Shown: positions 9,328 through 18,528, counted from the first letter of the stretch. The stretch is 64,000 nt of DNA from Methanobrevibacter sp. (GCF_045220775.1 NZ_JBGUWC010000078.1:12120-76119); one strand, 5' to 3'. Translations and numbers: made by a program. Notes: generated from the letters alone by a model not told the origin.

Positions 9328-10635
9328 TTATAATTCATCAATTAATGTAATTATATCTTTAATTGAAAGTAATTCTTCATCTATTTCATGCGCTCTGTGA
9401 TATTTTAAAATGCTTTTGGCAGCTTTTTGCATTGCAGGAAATGCTGCTCTTAACAATTGATTAGCATAAATTACAATATTAACACCATGTTTAACAAGCT
9501 CTTCTTCAGTAATGGTATTATAAGAAGAAGGTACAACAATGATTGGTGTTTCTTTATCTTCAGCTCTGAATTTATCGCAGAATTCCAATATTTCATCTGG
9601 CTCTTTTTTCCTGCTGTGTATCATTATTCCATCAGCGCCAGCATCACGGAATGCAAATGCCCTTTTAAGTGCATCTTCCATACCCTGTTCAAGAATCAAA
9701 CTTTCAATTCTGGCAATAATCATGAAATCATCAGACAATTGGGCATTTTTACCAGCAGCTATCTTTTCACAAAAGTGTTCAATATCATCCTGTGTCTGCT
9801 CGACTTCCGTTCCGAATAACGAATTTTTCTTTAAGCCTATCTTATCTTCAATAATGACCGCTGACACTCCCAATCTTTCAAGAGACCTTACTGTGTAAAC
9901 AAAATGCTCGGCAATTCCTCCAGTATCCCCATCAAAAATAATCGGTTTGGTGGTAACTTCCATAATATCATTAATAGTTCTGAATCTTGAAGTCATGTCC
10001 ACCAATTCAATATCCGGCTTTCCTTTTTCGGTACTGTCACATAAACTTGAAATCCACATCGCATCAAACTGATCTATATGCTCATCATCAGCAATGACAG
10101 TTTTTTCAGCAATCAAACCAGTCAAACCACTATGGACTTCAATTGTCTTGACAATCGGGACCATTTTCAATAACTTTTTAAGCCTAGATCTTCTAAGCTC
10201 GGGCATGGCAAGCTGTTCTTTCATTTGTTTATCAATTTTTTGGATTTTCTCATTAAAAGTGTATGGAACTTCAATTAGTTCTCCACCATATTTATCCAAA
10301 ACATTAACGATATTCTGCCTTATAATCTTCATTGAATCTTCTGACCAGTTATCTCCATGGATAATGTAATCTGGACGAAGCTGGCGAACCACATCATCAT
10401 ACATTATTTTATTTTGAATAATTACCTTATCAACATCAGGAATCTCTTCAACTAATTTAACACGTTCGGAAGTGGTTTTTAATGGAAATCTGTTATATTT
10501 AACCATTTCAGAATCGCAAAGAACGCCTATTACAACATTTCCATATTTTTTAGCTTCATTAATTAAATTTAAGTGTCCCTCATGGATGATATCTGTACAA
10601 AAACAAGTATAAACAATCGGTTTATCGGATTTCAT
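9328..10635 (-). CDS. aepX: bifunctional cytidylyltransferase-domain / phosphoenolpyruvate phosphomutase
   Basis: The N-terminal ~130 aa carry the H.GH cytidylyltransferase motif (CTDIIHEGHLNLI). The C-terminal ~300 aa carry PEP-mutase motifs (DGDTGG, IIEDKIGLKKNSL). Confidence 0.85.
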   Translation of the reverse strand: MKSDKPIVYTCFCTDIIHEGHLNLINEAKKYGNVVIGVLCDSEMVKYNRFPLKTTSERVKLVEEIPDVDKVIIQNKIMYDDVVRQLRPDYIIHGDNWSEDSMKIIRQNIVNVLDKYGGELIEVPYTFNEKIQKIDKQMKEQLAMPELRRSRLKKLLKMVPIVKTIEVHSGLTGLIAEKTVIADDEHIDQFDAMWISSLCDSTEKGKPDIELVDMTSRFRTINDIMEVTTKPIIFDGDTGGIAEHFVYTVRSLERLGVSAVIIEDKIGLKKNSLFGTEVEQTQDDIEHFCEKIAAGKNAQLSDDFMIIARIESLILEQGMEDALKRAFAFRDAGADGIMIHSRKKEPDEILEFCDKFRAEDKETPIIVVPSSYNTITEEELVKHGVNIVIYANQLLRAAFPAMQKAAKSILKYHRAHEIDEELLSIKDIITLIDEL

Positions 10636-10745
10636 AGTTATGACCTTATTAAATTAAATATTATTATATCTATTAATATAATTTTATAAAAAAGAAATAT
10701 TTAAAAATTTCCAAAATATATAATATTAATAAAAAGAAAAATGTA

Positions 10746-11591
10746 ATGGAGAAAAATATGTTTAAATCCAAAAGATATGATGATGAAACTTTAAAACATT
10801 TACAAAAAGTTCAAATGAAAATTTTAAAATATTTAATTGAAGTTTGTGAAAAAAATGATTTAACATACTTTATATACGGTGGAAGTTTACTTGGAACTAT
10901 AAGACATAAAGGATTTATACCATGGGATGATGATATCGATGTCATAATGTTTCGAGAAGACTTTGAAAAATTAAATAAAATTTTTGAAAATAATATTGAT
11001 GAAAAATATTCCTTCATTAATGCGTTAAACGAAGAAACATTTCCATATACATTCAGCAGATTATTACTTAAAAATACTGTTTTTAATGAATGGTGGTATG
11101 ATCAAGTAGAGTTTACCCAAAATATCTTTATTGACATATTTATTTTAGATAATATTCCTAATAATAAATTTAAAAGATTTATACATAAATGGAAGAGCTT
11201 TATACTGAATCAAGCAACTATGTACGCTTTTATTAAATTTGATAATACTTCAAAATTTAAAAAAATCATACAGCAAATAGTATATTATTTGATAAAAATA
11301 ACACCCGTTTCTCCATACACAATTAAAAAGGAATGCATAAAATCTTTTTCAAAATATGAACATGAAAACTGTGATGAGGTTTGTGATTTTCCAGCGGTAT
11401 GCCAAATGCCTGTTTATTACAAAACAGATTGGTTACCACCTAAAAAAGCTAAATTTGAAGATATTGAAGTTAATATACCTAAGGATTATGATAAAATATT
11501 AAAAAGAACATATGGGGAATATATGGAATTACCTCCAGAAGAATCAAGATTCCGTCCCGCCCCTGAAAAAATAGATTTTGGAGAATATTAA
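10746..11591 (+). CDS. LicD-family phosphotransferase
   Basis: YGGSLLGTIRHKGFIPWDDDIDVIM. A paralog of 3638-4486 with the same N- and C-terminal layout (YGEYMELPPEE). Confidence 0.85.
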   Translation: MEKNMFKSKRYDDETLKHLQKVQMKILKYLIEVCEKNDLTYFIYGGSLLGTIRHKGFIPWDDDIDVIMFREDFEKLNKIFENNIDEKYSFINALNEETFPYTFSRLLLKNTVFNEWWYDQVEFTQNIFIDIFILDNIPNNKFKRFIHKWKSFILNQATMYAFIKFDNTSKFKKIIQQIVYYLIKITPVSPYTIKKECIKSFSKYEHENCDEVCDFPAVCQMPVYYKTDWLPPKKAKFEDIEVNIPKDYDKILKRTYGEYMELPPEESRFRPAPEKIDFGEY

Positions 11592-11608
11592 ATATAAAAG
11601 GTGAAAAA

Positions 11609-12577
11609 ATGACATTAGATATTGGAGTTATTGGTGCAGGTGCAATGGGAACTGCAATTTCACAATCAATAGCCGAAAATGTAAATAATTTATTTTTATA
11701 TGCCAGAAAAAAAGAAATATGTGACGAAATTAATTCAAATCATTATAATTCCCAATATTATCCTAATTTAAAATTAAAAGAGAATATTATAGGAATAAAT
11801 GATTTTAACAAGCTAAAAGAAGCCAGTATTATTTTTCTATGCATTCCATCATCTACGATTAGAGAAGTAACTAGTGAACTTAATAAAATTATTTCTAAAG
11901 ATTGTATATTAGTAACAACCGCAAAAGGAATTGAATCAAATACTAATAAACGTATGACTGAAGTAATTGAAGAGATTACCGATAGGCCTGCCGTTGCATT
12001 ATCCGGACCAAATATTGCTTCTGAAATGGCTAAAAATCTATCTACAGCAACAACTATTGCTTGTTCTAATGATAACTATTTAAATTCTGTTAAAAAAGCA
12101 TTAGAAACAAAAAAATTTAAAGTTAATGCAAATACAGATGTAACCGGTACTGAGTTTTGCGGCATCATAAAAAATGTTTTGGCCATTAGTCAGGGCATTT
12201 GTGAAGGATTAGACATTAATGACAATGCAAGATTTGCATTGTTCACCAAAAGTTACAGTGAAGTAAAAGAGATTATTGAAGCATTAGGCGGTAAAAGAGA
12301 TACTGTCGATGATTATTGTGGTTTTGGAGACATAATTACTGCATCAACTTTATCTGTAAGTAGAAATCATACCTTAGGCGTTTTATACGGCCAGGGAATT
12401 ATTGTTGATGAAAAATCATCAGGAATATTATTTGAAGGAAGAAATACGACTGTGATAATGAAAGATATCTGTGAGAAATATGGTGTTGAAAGTTTGACAG
12501 TCGATTTTGTTTATGAAGTTATTGTGGATAAAAAAAATCCTAGATTAGCATTTAATAAATTTTGGGATGGTTTATGA
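11609..12577 (+). CDS. gpsA: NAD(P)H-dependent glycerol-3-phosphate dehydrogenase (GpsA-type)
   Basis: IGVIGAGAMGTAI dinucleotide fold. GpsA-like blocks TAKGIE, LSGPNIASEMA and GIIKNVLAI. Confidence 0.8.
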   Translation: MTLDIGVIGAGAMGTAISQSIAENVNNLFLYARKKEICDEINSNHYNSQYYPNLKLKENIIGINDFNKLKEASIIFLCIPSSTIREVTSELNKIISKDCILVTTAKGIESNTNKRMTEVIEEITDRPAVALSGPNIASEMAKNLSTATTIACSNDNYLNSVKKALETKKFKVNANTDVTGTEFCGIIKNVLAISQGICEGLDINDNARFALFTKSYSEVKEIIEALGGKRDTVDDYCGFGDIITASTLSVSRNHTLGVLYGQGIIVDEKSSGILFEGRNTTVIMKDICEKYGVESLTVDFVYEVIVDKKNPRLAFNKFWDGL

Positions 12578-13276
12578 ATGATTTTTGCAGCAATATTGGC
12601 TGGAGGTATTGGAACAAGAATGGGTTTGGATAAACCAAAACAATTCGAAATTGTAGGTGATAAACCAATTTTAGCCCATTCCATTGAAAAGTACTTAAAA
12701 GTTGATGAAATTGATAAAATAATTGTATCATCACCTAAAGATTATATTAAAGCAACAGAAAAACTCGTAAAAGATTATTTTGATAAAAATGAAAGAATCG
12801 TTGTCATAGAAGGTGGCGAAACTCGAAATGATACAATTCTAAATTCAATTAGATATGTCAAAACAAATTACGATGACAAAGATCCCATTCTGATAACCCA
12901 TGATGCTCCAAGAATATTTGTTAGTCCAGAATTGATAAAAAAGAGTATTGTTAATGTAAAAGATCATGATGCGGCAAGTCCTGTAATTCCCGCTATTGAT
13001 GTGATTTTTGAAAGTAAAGAAAAAGGAAAATTAACAGATATTCCGTTGCGTAAAAATTTAGTGCATTCACAAACTCCGCAAAGTTTTAAGATTAATAAAT
13101 TTATAGAAATCTATAAAGACTTAAGTGCTGAGGAAATAAGTAAATTAGATGAAGCAATGATGTTATTCTTTTTAAGAGATGGGGACATAAAATTATTTGA
13201 AGGTGAAACGACTAACTTCAAAATCACTAGAAAAATTGATTTAAAAATTGCCGAAGCACATTTAAAAGAAAAATAA
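12578..13276 (+). CDS. IspD/TarI-family cytidylyltransferase (CDP-ribitol or CDP-glycerol synthase)
   Basis: AAILAGGIGTRMGLDKPKQF matches the IspD/TarI N-terminal signature. Its start abuts the gpsA stop (TGAATG). Confidence 0.8.
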   Translation: MIFAAILAGGIGTRMGLDKPKQFEIVGDKPILAHSIEKYLKVDEIDKIIVSSPKDYIKATEKLVKDYFDKNERIVVIEGGETRNDTILNSIRYVKTNYDDKDPILITHDAPRIFVSPELIKKSIVNVKDHDAASPVIPAIDVIFESKEKGKLTDIPLRKNLVHSQTPQSFKINKFIEIYKDLSAEEISKLDEAMMLFFLRDGDIKLFEGETTNFKITRKIDLKIAEAHLKEK

Positions 13277-13293
13277 TTTAATGAGGGATATTA

Positions 13294-14316
13294 ATGAATT
13301 TAAGTGAACTTTATAAAAAATTACCCGACCCAATCCAAAAATCTGAAAAAATATTTATATCCTCTCTGAAATTAACTCAATTCATTCGCCAAAACAATCA
13401 AACCGGACCAAAACCTAATTTAACATTAACATCATCGGATATGACTTCAAAAGGAACACTTAAAGATATTCAATTAGTATACTTAGAATTATTGAGATTT
13501 ATTGATAATGTATGTGCAAAATATGATCTTGAATATTGTTTAACTTATGGAACATTATTGGGAGCTATCCGTCATAAAGGATTTATACCCTGGGATGATG
13601 ATTGTGATATCTTAATGATTAGAAGCGATTATGATAAATTAATTGAAGTATTACCCAAAGAAATTAACAAACATGAATTTTTTAAAGAAAATTGTGCATT
13701 AACAAAATTAATTAATAAAAAAGATAATTTTTTTACTGATTTCAATAATATTTATAATGAAGAAATAGGCCATGATGAATTTTTCAATACTCCAGGATTA
13801 GGAAAATCATTATTCTTACAAATTGGATGGATAAAACCAATGGTTAAATTAGATATCTTTCCATTTGATTTTATTAAACCAGAATCAATAAATTATTATA
13901 ATAAAAATTATTTGTATCATAAACTTTATTTTAGAAATTTATACAATGCAAAAAACTTCTCCTATGAAAAAGAATTTGATAAACAATTCGAAAAATTAGG
14001 TTTTAGTTACTTGCCTACCCCATTTATTGCAGAAGGAATAGATGCAAGTTTTTCTGATAATTTTCCTCCTTTCAAAAAAGAATTATTGTTTCCAACAACA
14101 ACTAAAGAATTTGAAGGGTATGCCTTAAAATGTCCCAATAAATCAGAGGAACTATTAAAAATATGGTATGGAAACTATATGGAAATTCCACAAAAAGTTG
14201 TTATTCATGAATATGTCAAATATAATAAAAAATTATTTGAATCACAGGAAGAAATGGATAAATCATTTCAAAAAGTTATAAACTACCTAAAAGAAGTAAA
14301 TGATAACTTTGAATAA
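13294..14316 (+). CDS. LicD-family phosphotransferase with N-terminal extension
   Basis: YGTLLGAIRHKGFIPWDDDCDILM. It is about 60 aa longer at the N-terminus than the other two LicD paralogs. Confidence 0.8.
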   Translation: MNLSELYKKLPDPIQKSEKIFISSLKLTQFIRQNNQTGPKPNLTLTSSDMTSKGTLKDIQLVYLELLRFIDNVCAKYDLEYCLTYGTLLGAIRHKGFIPWDDDCDILMIRSDYDKLIEVLPKEINKHEFFKENCALTKLINKKDNFFTDFNNIYNEEIGHDEFFNTPGLGKSLFLQIGWIKPMVKLDIFPFDFIKPESINYYNKNYLYHKLYFRNLYNAKNFSYEKEFDKQFEKLGFSYLPTPFIAEGIDASFSDNFPPFKKELLFPTTTKEFEGYALKCPNKSEELLKIWYGNYMEIPQKVVIHEYVKYNKKLFESQEEMDKSFQKVINYLKEVNDNFE

Positions 14317-14443
14317 ACCAATGAAAAAAATCTTTTTACATATATGTAAAATCTTCTTAAAAATTTAAATGACAATCTAGGATTTCATTTAAAATCTAAT
14401 TTTGTGAAAATACTTAAATATTACATTAAAGTTAACAATTTTC

Positions 14444-15913
14444 ATGAACAGGAAAATTTTAATTTCACTTATTGCAATCGTGATAATAATTGGTATGGGC
14501 ATATTTGCATTTTCCAATGTTTTTTCAAACAATAACCAAATAGATATCGATGCAAGTGCACTGGAGGACAGAGCAAACCTTGTTGTTGACTCTGAAAGCT
14601 TAGATGAAAATAACGGACTATACCACACAGACTCCTCAGACATAAACGCAATTCTAATCAAAAACGGAGGGGCATTGAAACTGGTAAATTCAATTATCAA
14701 CAAAACTGGAGACACCGCTACAAGCGGTGATGACGCTGATTTTTATGGAGTAAACTCCGCTATCCTAGTTAACACAAATGGAACTTTAGACATATCAGAC
14801 GTTGAAATCAACACCGATTCAAAAGGATCAAATGGTATTTTTGTAACAAATGCCGAAGCTTCCAGTGATGGTTCATCACAAGGTGGTGCTGGCGGGCAAC
14901 CTCCTGAAGCCAATGGCAATGGGGGCCAGCCTCCTGAAATGCCTGATGGCGGACAAGGTTCCGGCGGGGGCGGACAGCCTCAAGAAAGTACAGTTTCAGG
15001 AACTACAGAAGCAAACATCAAAAACGTTAAAATCACAACACATTCAGACAAGTCAAGAGGCCTTGATGCGACCTACAACGGCATAATCAATGCAGAAAAT
15101 GTCATCATCAACACTGACGGCCAAAGCTGTGCGGCACTTGCAACCGACCGTGGAGAAGGTGAGGTGCATGTCAAAAACTCCGACATCAATACCGGAGTGA
15201 GCAAAACCAGCGGCAGAGGATCACCTTTAATCTACTCAACCGGAAACATTACCCTAGAAAACAGCAAAGGTACTTCCCATGTATCCCAAATAGCTTGCAT
15301 TGAAGGTAAAAACTCAATTGAGCTTACAGACTGTGACCTTACAGGTTACGCTGAAGGAAACAGACAGGATGGGGATACCTATGTTGATTTAGGCGGAATA
15401 TTCATCTATCAGAGCATGAGCGGAGACGCTGATGTTGGAACATCCTTATTCACCGCAAAAGATTCCAAATTGACAATAGCTGAGGACTCATCAGTTTACT
15501 CACAAGCCCCGATGTTTCATGTAACCAACACTGCCTGTGTAATAAACTTAGACAACACCGAATTAAGCTTTGGCAGCGGAACATTTCTAGAAGTTTCCAG
15601 CCAAAACCAATGGGGAAATACAGGTTCCAACGGAGGAGTGGCAGAATTAAACACAAATAACGAAAAAATAGATGGTAATGTTATTGTTGATTCAATAAGC
15701 TCCCTAACATGGAATATGGAAAATACCGAATTTACAGGAGCAATCGACTCTACTGGAGATACTTCCGTTAATGTCGGCAGCGGCTCTACCTGGACATTGA
15801 CCGGCGACAGTACAGTATCTAGTCTGACCGTATCCGGAAACATCGACTATGGCGAATACACATTGACTGTCAATGGCCAAACATATAACAGTTCAAATCC
15901 GTTCAACGGATAA
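14444..15913 (+). CDS. membrane-anchored surface protein with predicted right-handed beta-helix (Cthe_2159-like carbohydrate-binding family, tentative)
   Basis: N-terminal TM helix. Repetitive G/N/T/S-rich beta-strand pattern (NSAILVNTNGTLDISDVEINTDSKGSNGIFV). Internal low-complexity GGQPPE repeats. Confidence 0.6.
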   Translation: MNRKILISLIAIVIIIGMGIFAFSNVFSNNNQIDIDASALEDRANLVVDSESLDENNGLYHTDSSDINAILIKNGGALKLVNSIINKTGDTATSGDDADFYGVNSAILVNTNGTLDISDVEINTDSKGSNGIFVTNAEASSDGSSQGGAGGQPPEANGNGGQPPEMPDGGQGSGGGGQPQESTVSGTTEANIKNVKITTHSDKSRGLDATYNGIINAENVIINTDGQSCAALATDRGEGEVHVKNSDINTGVSKTSGRGSPLIYSTGNITLENSKGTSHVSQIACIEGKNSIELTDCDLTGYAEGNRQDGDTYVDLGGIFIYQSMSGDADVGTSLFTAKDSKLTIAEDSSVYSQAPMFHVTNTACVINLDNTELSFGSGTFLEVSSQNQWGNTGSNGGVAELNTNNEKIDGNVIVDSISSLTWNMENTEFTGAIDSTGDTSVNVGSGSTWTLTGDSTVSSLTVSGNIDYGEYTLTVNGQTYNSSNPFNG

Positions 15914-15926
15914 AAAAAATAGTTTT

Positions 15927-15951
15927 AAGAGGAATTTATCCTCTTTTTTTT
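15927..15951. terminator. bidirectional hairpin terminator between convergent genes
   Basis: AAGAGGA (15927-15933) / TCCTCTT (15939-15945) with a 5-nt loop. It is followed by a T8 run on the plus strand and preceded by an A8 run (a T-run for the minus strand). Confidence 0.55.
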
Positions 15952-15956
15952 AATTT

Positions 15957-16472
15957 TTAGCAGTCAAAACCTGCTTCATACACTTCTTTTAACAAATCAG
16001 GTTGGGATTTAGCATCACCGATGACAGTAAATACTGCCTTTTCGGTTGGATTTTTGGAAAAGCTGATGAAGTCCCTGATTCCGGTTAGCGCATTTCCATT
16101 GGAAGAACCTGCAGAAGTTATGATGTAATAGTCCTTATCTTCCAATTTGTCGAATATCGGATAGCACCTGTCAAAGAATCTTTTTAAGGTTCCGCACATG
16201 GAATAATAGTAGATTGGAGTTGCATATACAATCACATCCGCTTCCATCATTTTATCCAAAACTTCAGCAAGCCCGTCTTCCTGGAAACATTTCATCTCAG
16301 GAGTTTTGCATTTTCTGCATGCCTTACAGGCATGGAATCTGATTTCCTCCAGATTGTATTTTACAACTGCATTATCCGCATCAAGCGCTCCCCTTACGAA
16401 TTCATCACACAATGTATCTGAATTTCCACCTATTCTAGGTGAAGAGCTTATAACTATAACCTTTTTAGTCAT
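15957..16472 (-). CDS. iron-sulfur flavoprotein (Isf) / flavodoxin-like NAD(P)H-dependent FMN reductase
   Basis: N-terminal VIVISSSPRIGGNS flavodoxin-like loop plus the compact cysteine motif CKACRKCKTPEMKC (C-X2-C-X2-C-X6-C) typical of Isf proteins. Confidence 0.75.
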   Translation of the reverse strand: MTKKVIVISSSPRIGGNSDTLCDEFVRGALDADNAVVKYNLEEIRFHACKACRKCKTPEMKCFQEDGLAEVLDKMMEADVIVYATPIYYYSMCGTLKRFFDRCYPIFDKLEDKDYYIITSAGSSNGNALTGIRDFISFSKNPTEKAVFTVIGDAKSQPDLLKEVYEAGFDC

Positions 16473-16486
16473 CTTATCACCAATAT

Positions 16487-17350
16487 TTATTTAACAATTC
16501 TAGCCAGTTTATCAACATATTTGACAACTTTCCTATTTTTAAATGCATTTAATTCTTTATTTAGCTTCTTGTTTTCTTTTTTAAGTTTAGAATTTTGTTT
16601 TTTAAGCATTCTTACCTCTTCATTTAAGTTATTGAATACATCAGCATCATGTTTTAACTTTTTACTGGATCCACCTTCAAACTCTTTAACTTTTCTGAAT
16701 TTCAATAGCAATATTGAAGGGCGTTCCTCCTTATTTTCAAAGTCATAAAATGTGGGGTTGTCCAGATTATCCCTAAATCCTGTCTTGTATATCACTTCAT
16801 AAACCCTCTCCTCAATGACCTCAAAGACATCCAAAAACCTATCCTTTAAATCCAAATCGATAGTTATCGGCTCCATTGGAGTTGGCTTGTGATTCGTATC
16901 GACGATTATGCCGCAGATTCCGCCAACCTTAAGGACACGCTTGATTTCAGAAACAGTTTCGTCCAAATCATCAACATGGTCAAGCGAATTGATAGAGAAG
17001 ACAAAGTCGAATGTTTCATCCTCAAAGGGCATGTCTTCGCTGTATCCTCGCACATAATGCATCTTGTGAAACAATGTCCCCCCGCCCAATTTGAAATAAT
17101 CGTTGACCAATGGGTCAAGGCCCACTCTTAAGGATGCCATGTCGGCCCATTCAAGGCTTCCCCTTGGACCGCATCCAATGTCCAATATTGATTTGTCCAT
17201 ATAATCCTCATAGGTTAAGTTAAAGTCATTGATGTAAAACTTTTCGTAAGGGGCTCCGCCGGAAATCTGTTTTAATGTTTTTTCATCCTTTACCCTTTTT
17301 GACCAGAACTTTAACTCATGCCTATGTTTAAAATCGTTTTCATCCTGCAT
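16487..17350 (-). CDS. class I SAM-dependent methyltransferase with C-terminal coiled-coil tail
   Basis: Motif I ILDIGCGPRG and post-motif DFVFSINSLDHV. The last ~50 aa are K/E/N/L heptad-like (LKKQNSKLKKENKKLNKELN). Confidence 0.75.
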   Translation of the reverse strand: MQDENDFKHRHELKFWSKRVKDEKTLKQISGGAPYEKFYINDFNLTYEDYMDKSILDIGCGPRGSLEWADMASLRVGLDPLVNDYFKLGGGTLFHKMHYVRGYSEDMPFEDETFDFVFSINSLDHVDDLDETVSEIKRVLKVGGICGIIVDTNHKPTPMEPITIDLDLKDRFLDVFEVIEERVYEVIYKTGFRDNLDNPTFYDFENKEERPSILLLKFRKVKEFEGGSSKKLKHDADVFNNLNEEVRMLKKQNSKLKKENKKLNKELNAFKNRKVVKYVDKLARIVK

Positions 17351-17483
17351 ATCATCACATAAACTAGTATTAATAATTACTATATTTTTTATTGGTATAT
17401 AGATTTAATGAAAATCAAAACAAATAATATAAACAACCAAAACATAAATATTTAACATTATAAATTAATGAAGGTAATATATC

Positions 17484-18248
17484 ATGTCAAAACCTGTCAT
17501 TGCAATTACAAGACCAAAGGATAGAGCGAAGAAAGCTTGTGATATCGTGGAAAAATTGGGTGGTGAGGCCGTCCTGGCACCGACACTTGATTTGAAACCT
17601 GTCAACACGCAATCCCTAAGGGAACTGGTTGAAAGAAAGGATGAACTCGATTGGATCATATTCACATCACCGACTACAATCGTTTCACTGAAACAATTCC
17701 ATCCTGAATTCTTAAAAAGCTTAAATTGTAAATTGGCCGTCATTGGAAACAAGACCGGCAAACTGGCTGAAAAACAAGGATTAACGGTTGATTTGATGCC
17801 TGAAGATTTCACAGCAGAAGGACTCATTGAAGAATTTAAAAAAAGAGGAGTTACCAATAAAACAATTGGAATTCCAAGAACCGCTTCTGCAAGGCCAGTC
17901 CTTCCCGAAGAGCTGGAAAAACTTGGAAATAAAGTTATATTGGCTGAAGCATATAAATCTCTTTTCCCGATGGATGAAAATGCGGTTGAAGAACTGATTT
18001 CAAAAATCGAAAATAAGGAAATTGATGCAATTACATTTACAAGCCCGCTGACTGTTGAAAACTTCTTTGAAATTGTAAAGGACAAAGAAAAAATAGCCAA
18101 ACTGCTTTCCGAAAACCTGTTGACCGTCTGCATTGGCCCTATTACTGCAAAGGTCTTGGACAAATATAATATTACCTACATTTACCCAGATACTTACACA
18201 GTTCCAGACATGATGGAATTATTATTCAATACACTAAACTCAAGATAG
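17484..18248 (+). CDS. hemD: uroporphyrinogen-III synthase
   Basis: Two-lobed HemD pattern: ITRPKDRA...LDWIIFTSPTTIV and IDAITFTSPLTVENFF. The long antisense ORF is rejected. Confidence 0.8.
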   Translation: MSKPVIAITRPKDRAKKACDIVEKLGGEAVLAPTLDLKPVNTQSLRELVERKDELDWIIFTSPTTIVSLKQFHPEFLKSLNCKLAVIGNKTGKLAEKQGLTVDLMPEDFTAEGLIEEFKKRGVTNKTIGIPRTASARPVLPEELEKLGNKVILAEAYKSLFPMDENAVEELISKIENKEIDAITFTSPLTVENFFEIVKDKEKIAKLLSENLLTVCIGPITAKVLDKYNITYIYPDTYTVPDMMELLFNTLNSR

Positions 18249-18258
18249 GTGGAAAAAA

Positions 18259-18528
18259 ATGATTACTATATGGCCACAATATTTAAATAAGAATCTATCC
18301 CTTAAGGAAGGTCGCAAAATCGCAAAAGAAGATTGCGTGAAAGATCCTTCAATAAATGAAATAGAAAAAGCCTTAAAAAGACTTGGGCTTAAATATGAAC
18401 TTGAAAAAGAAAGAGCATACCCTGGCAAATGGTATGAAAAATCCGGAAGGGCTCTTGTTGAATGGGATAATACAAAATTAGAACTTATTCGTGAAGTTAG
18501 CTTAAAAATAAAAGAAATAAGAAACTGA
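18259..18528 (+). CDS. srp19: signal recognition particle protein SRP19
   Basis: IWPQYLNKNLSLKEGRKI...ALKRLGL...YPGKWYEKSGRALV is typical of archaeal SRP19. 89 aa. Confidence 0.85.
   Translation: MITIWPQYLNKNLSLKEGRKIAKEDCVKDPSINEIEKALKRLGLKYELEKERAYPGKWYEKSGRALVEWDNTKLELIREVSLKIKEIRN

Noticed and set aside
14389-14715. 108-aa minus-strand ORF overlapping the start of the beta-helix protein gene
   Set aside because: It spans the promoter region and 5-prime end of a better-supported plus-strand gene and has no motif. It is likely spurious.
17465-18163. 232-aa minus-strand ORF covering most of the hemD region
   Set aside because: It is antisense to a clear uroporphyrinogen-III synthase gene. 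Its translation is S/L/F/I-rich low-complexity sequence without motifs, typical of the reverse frame of a real gene.
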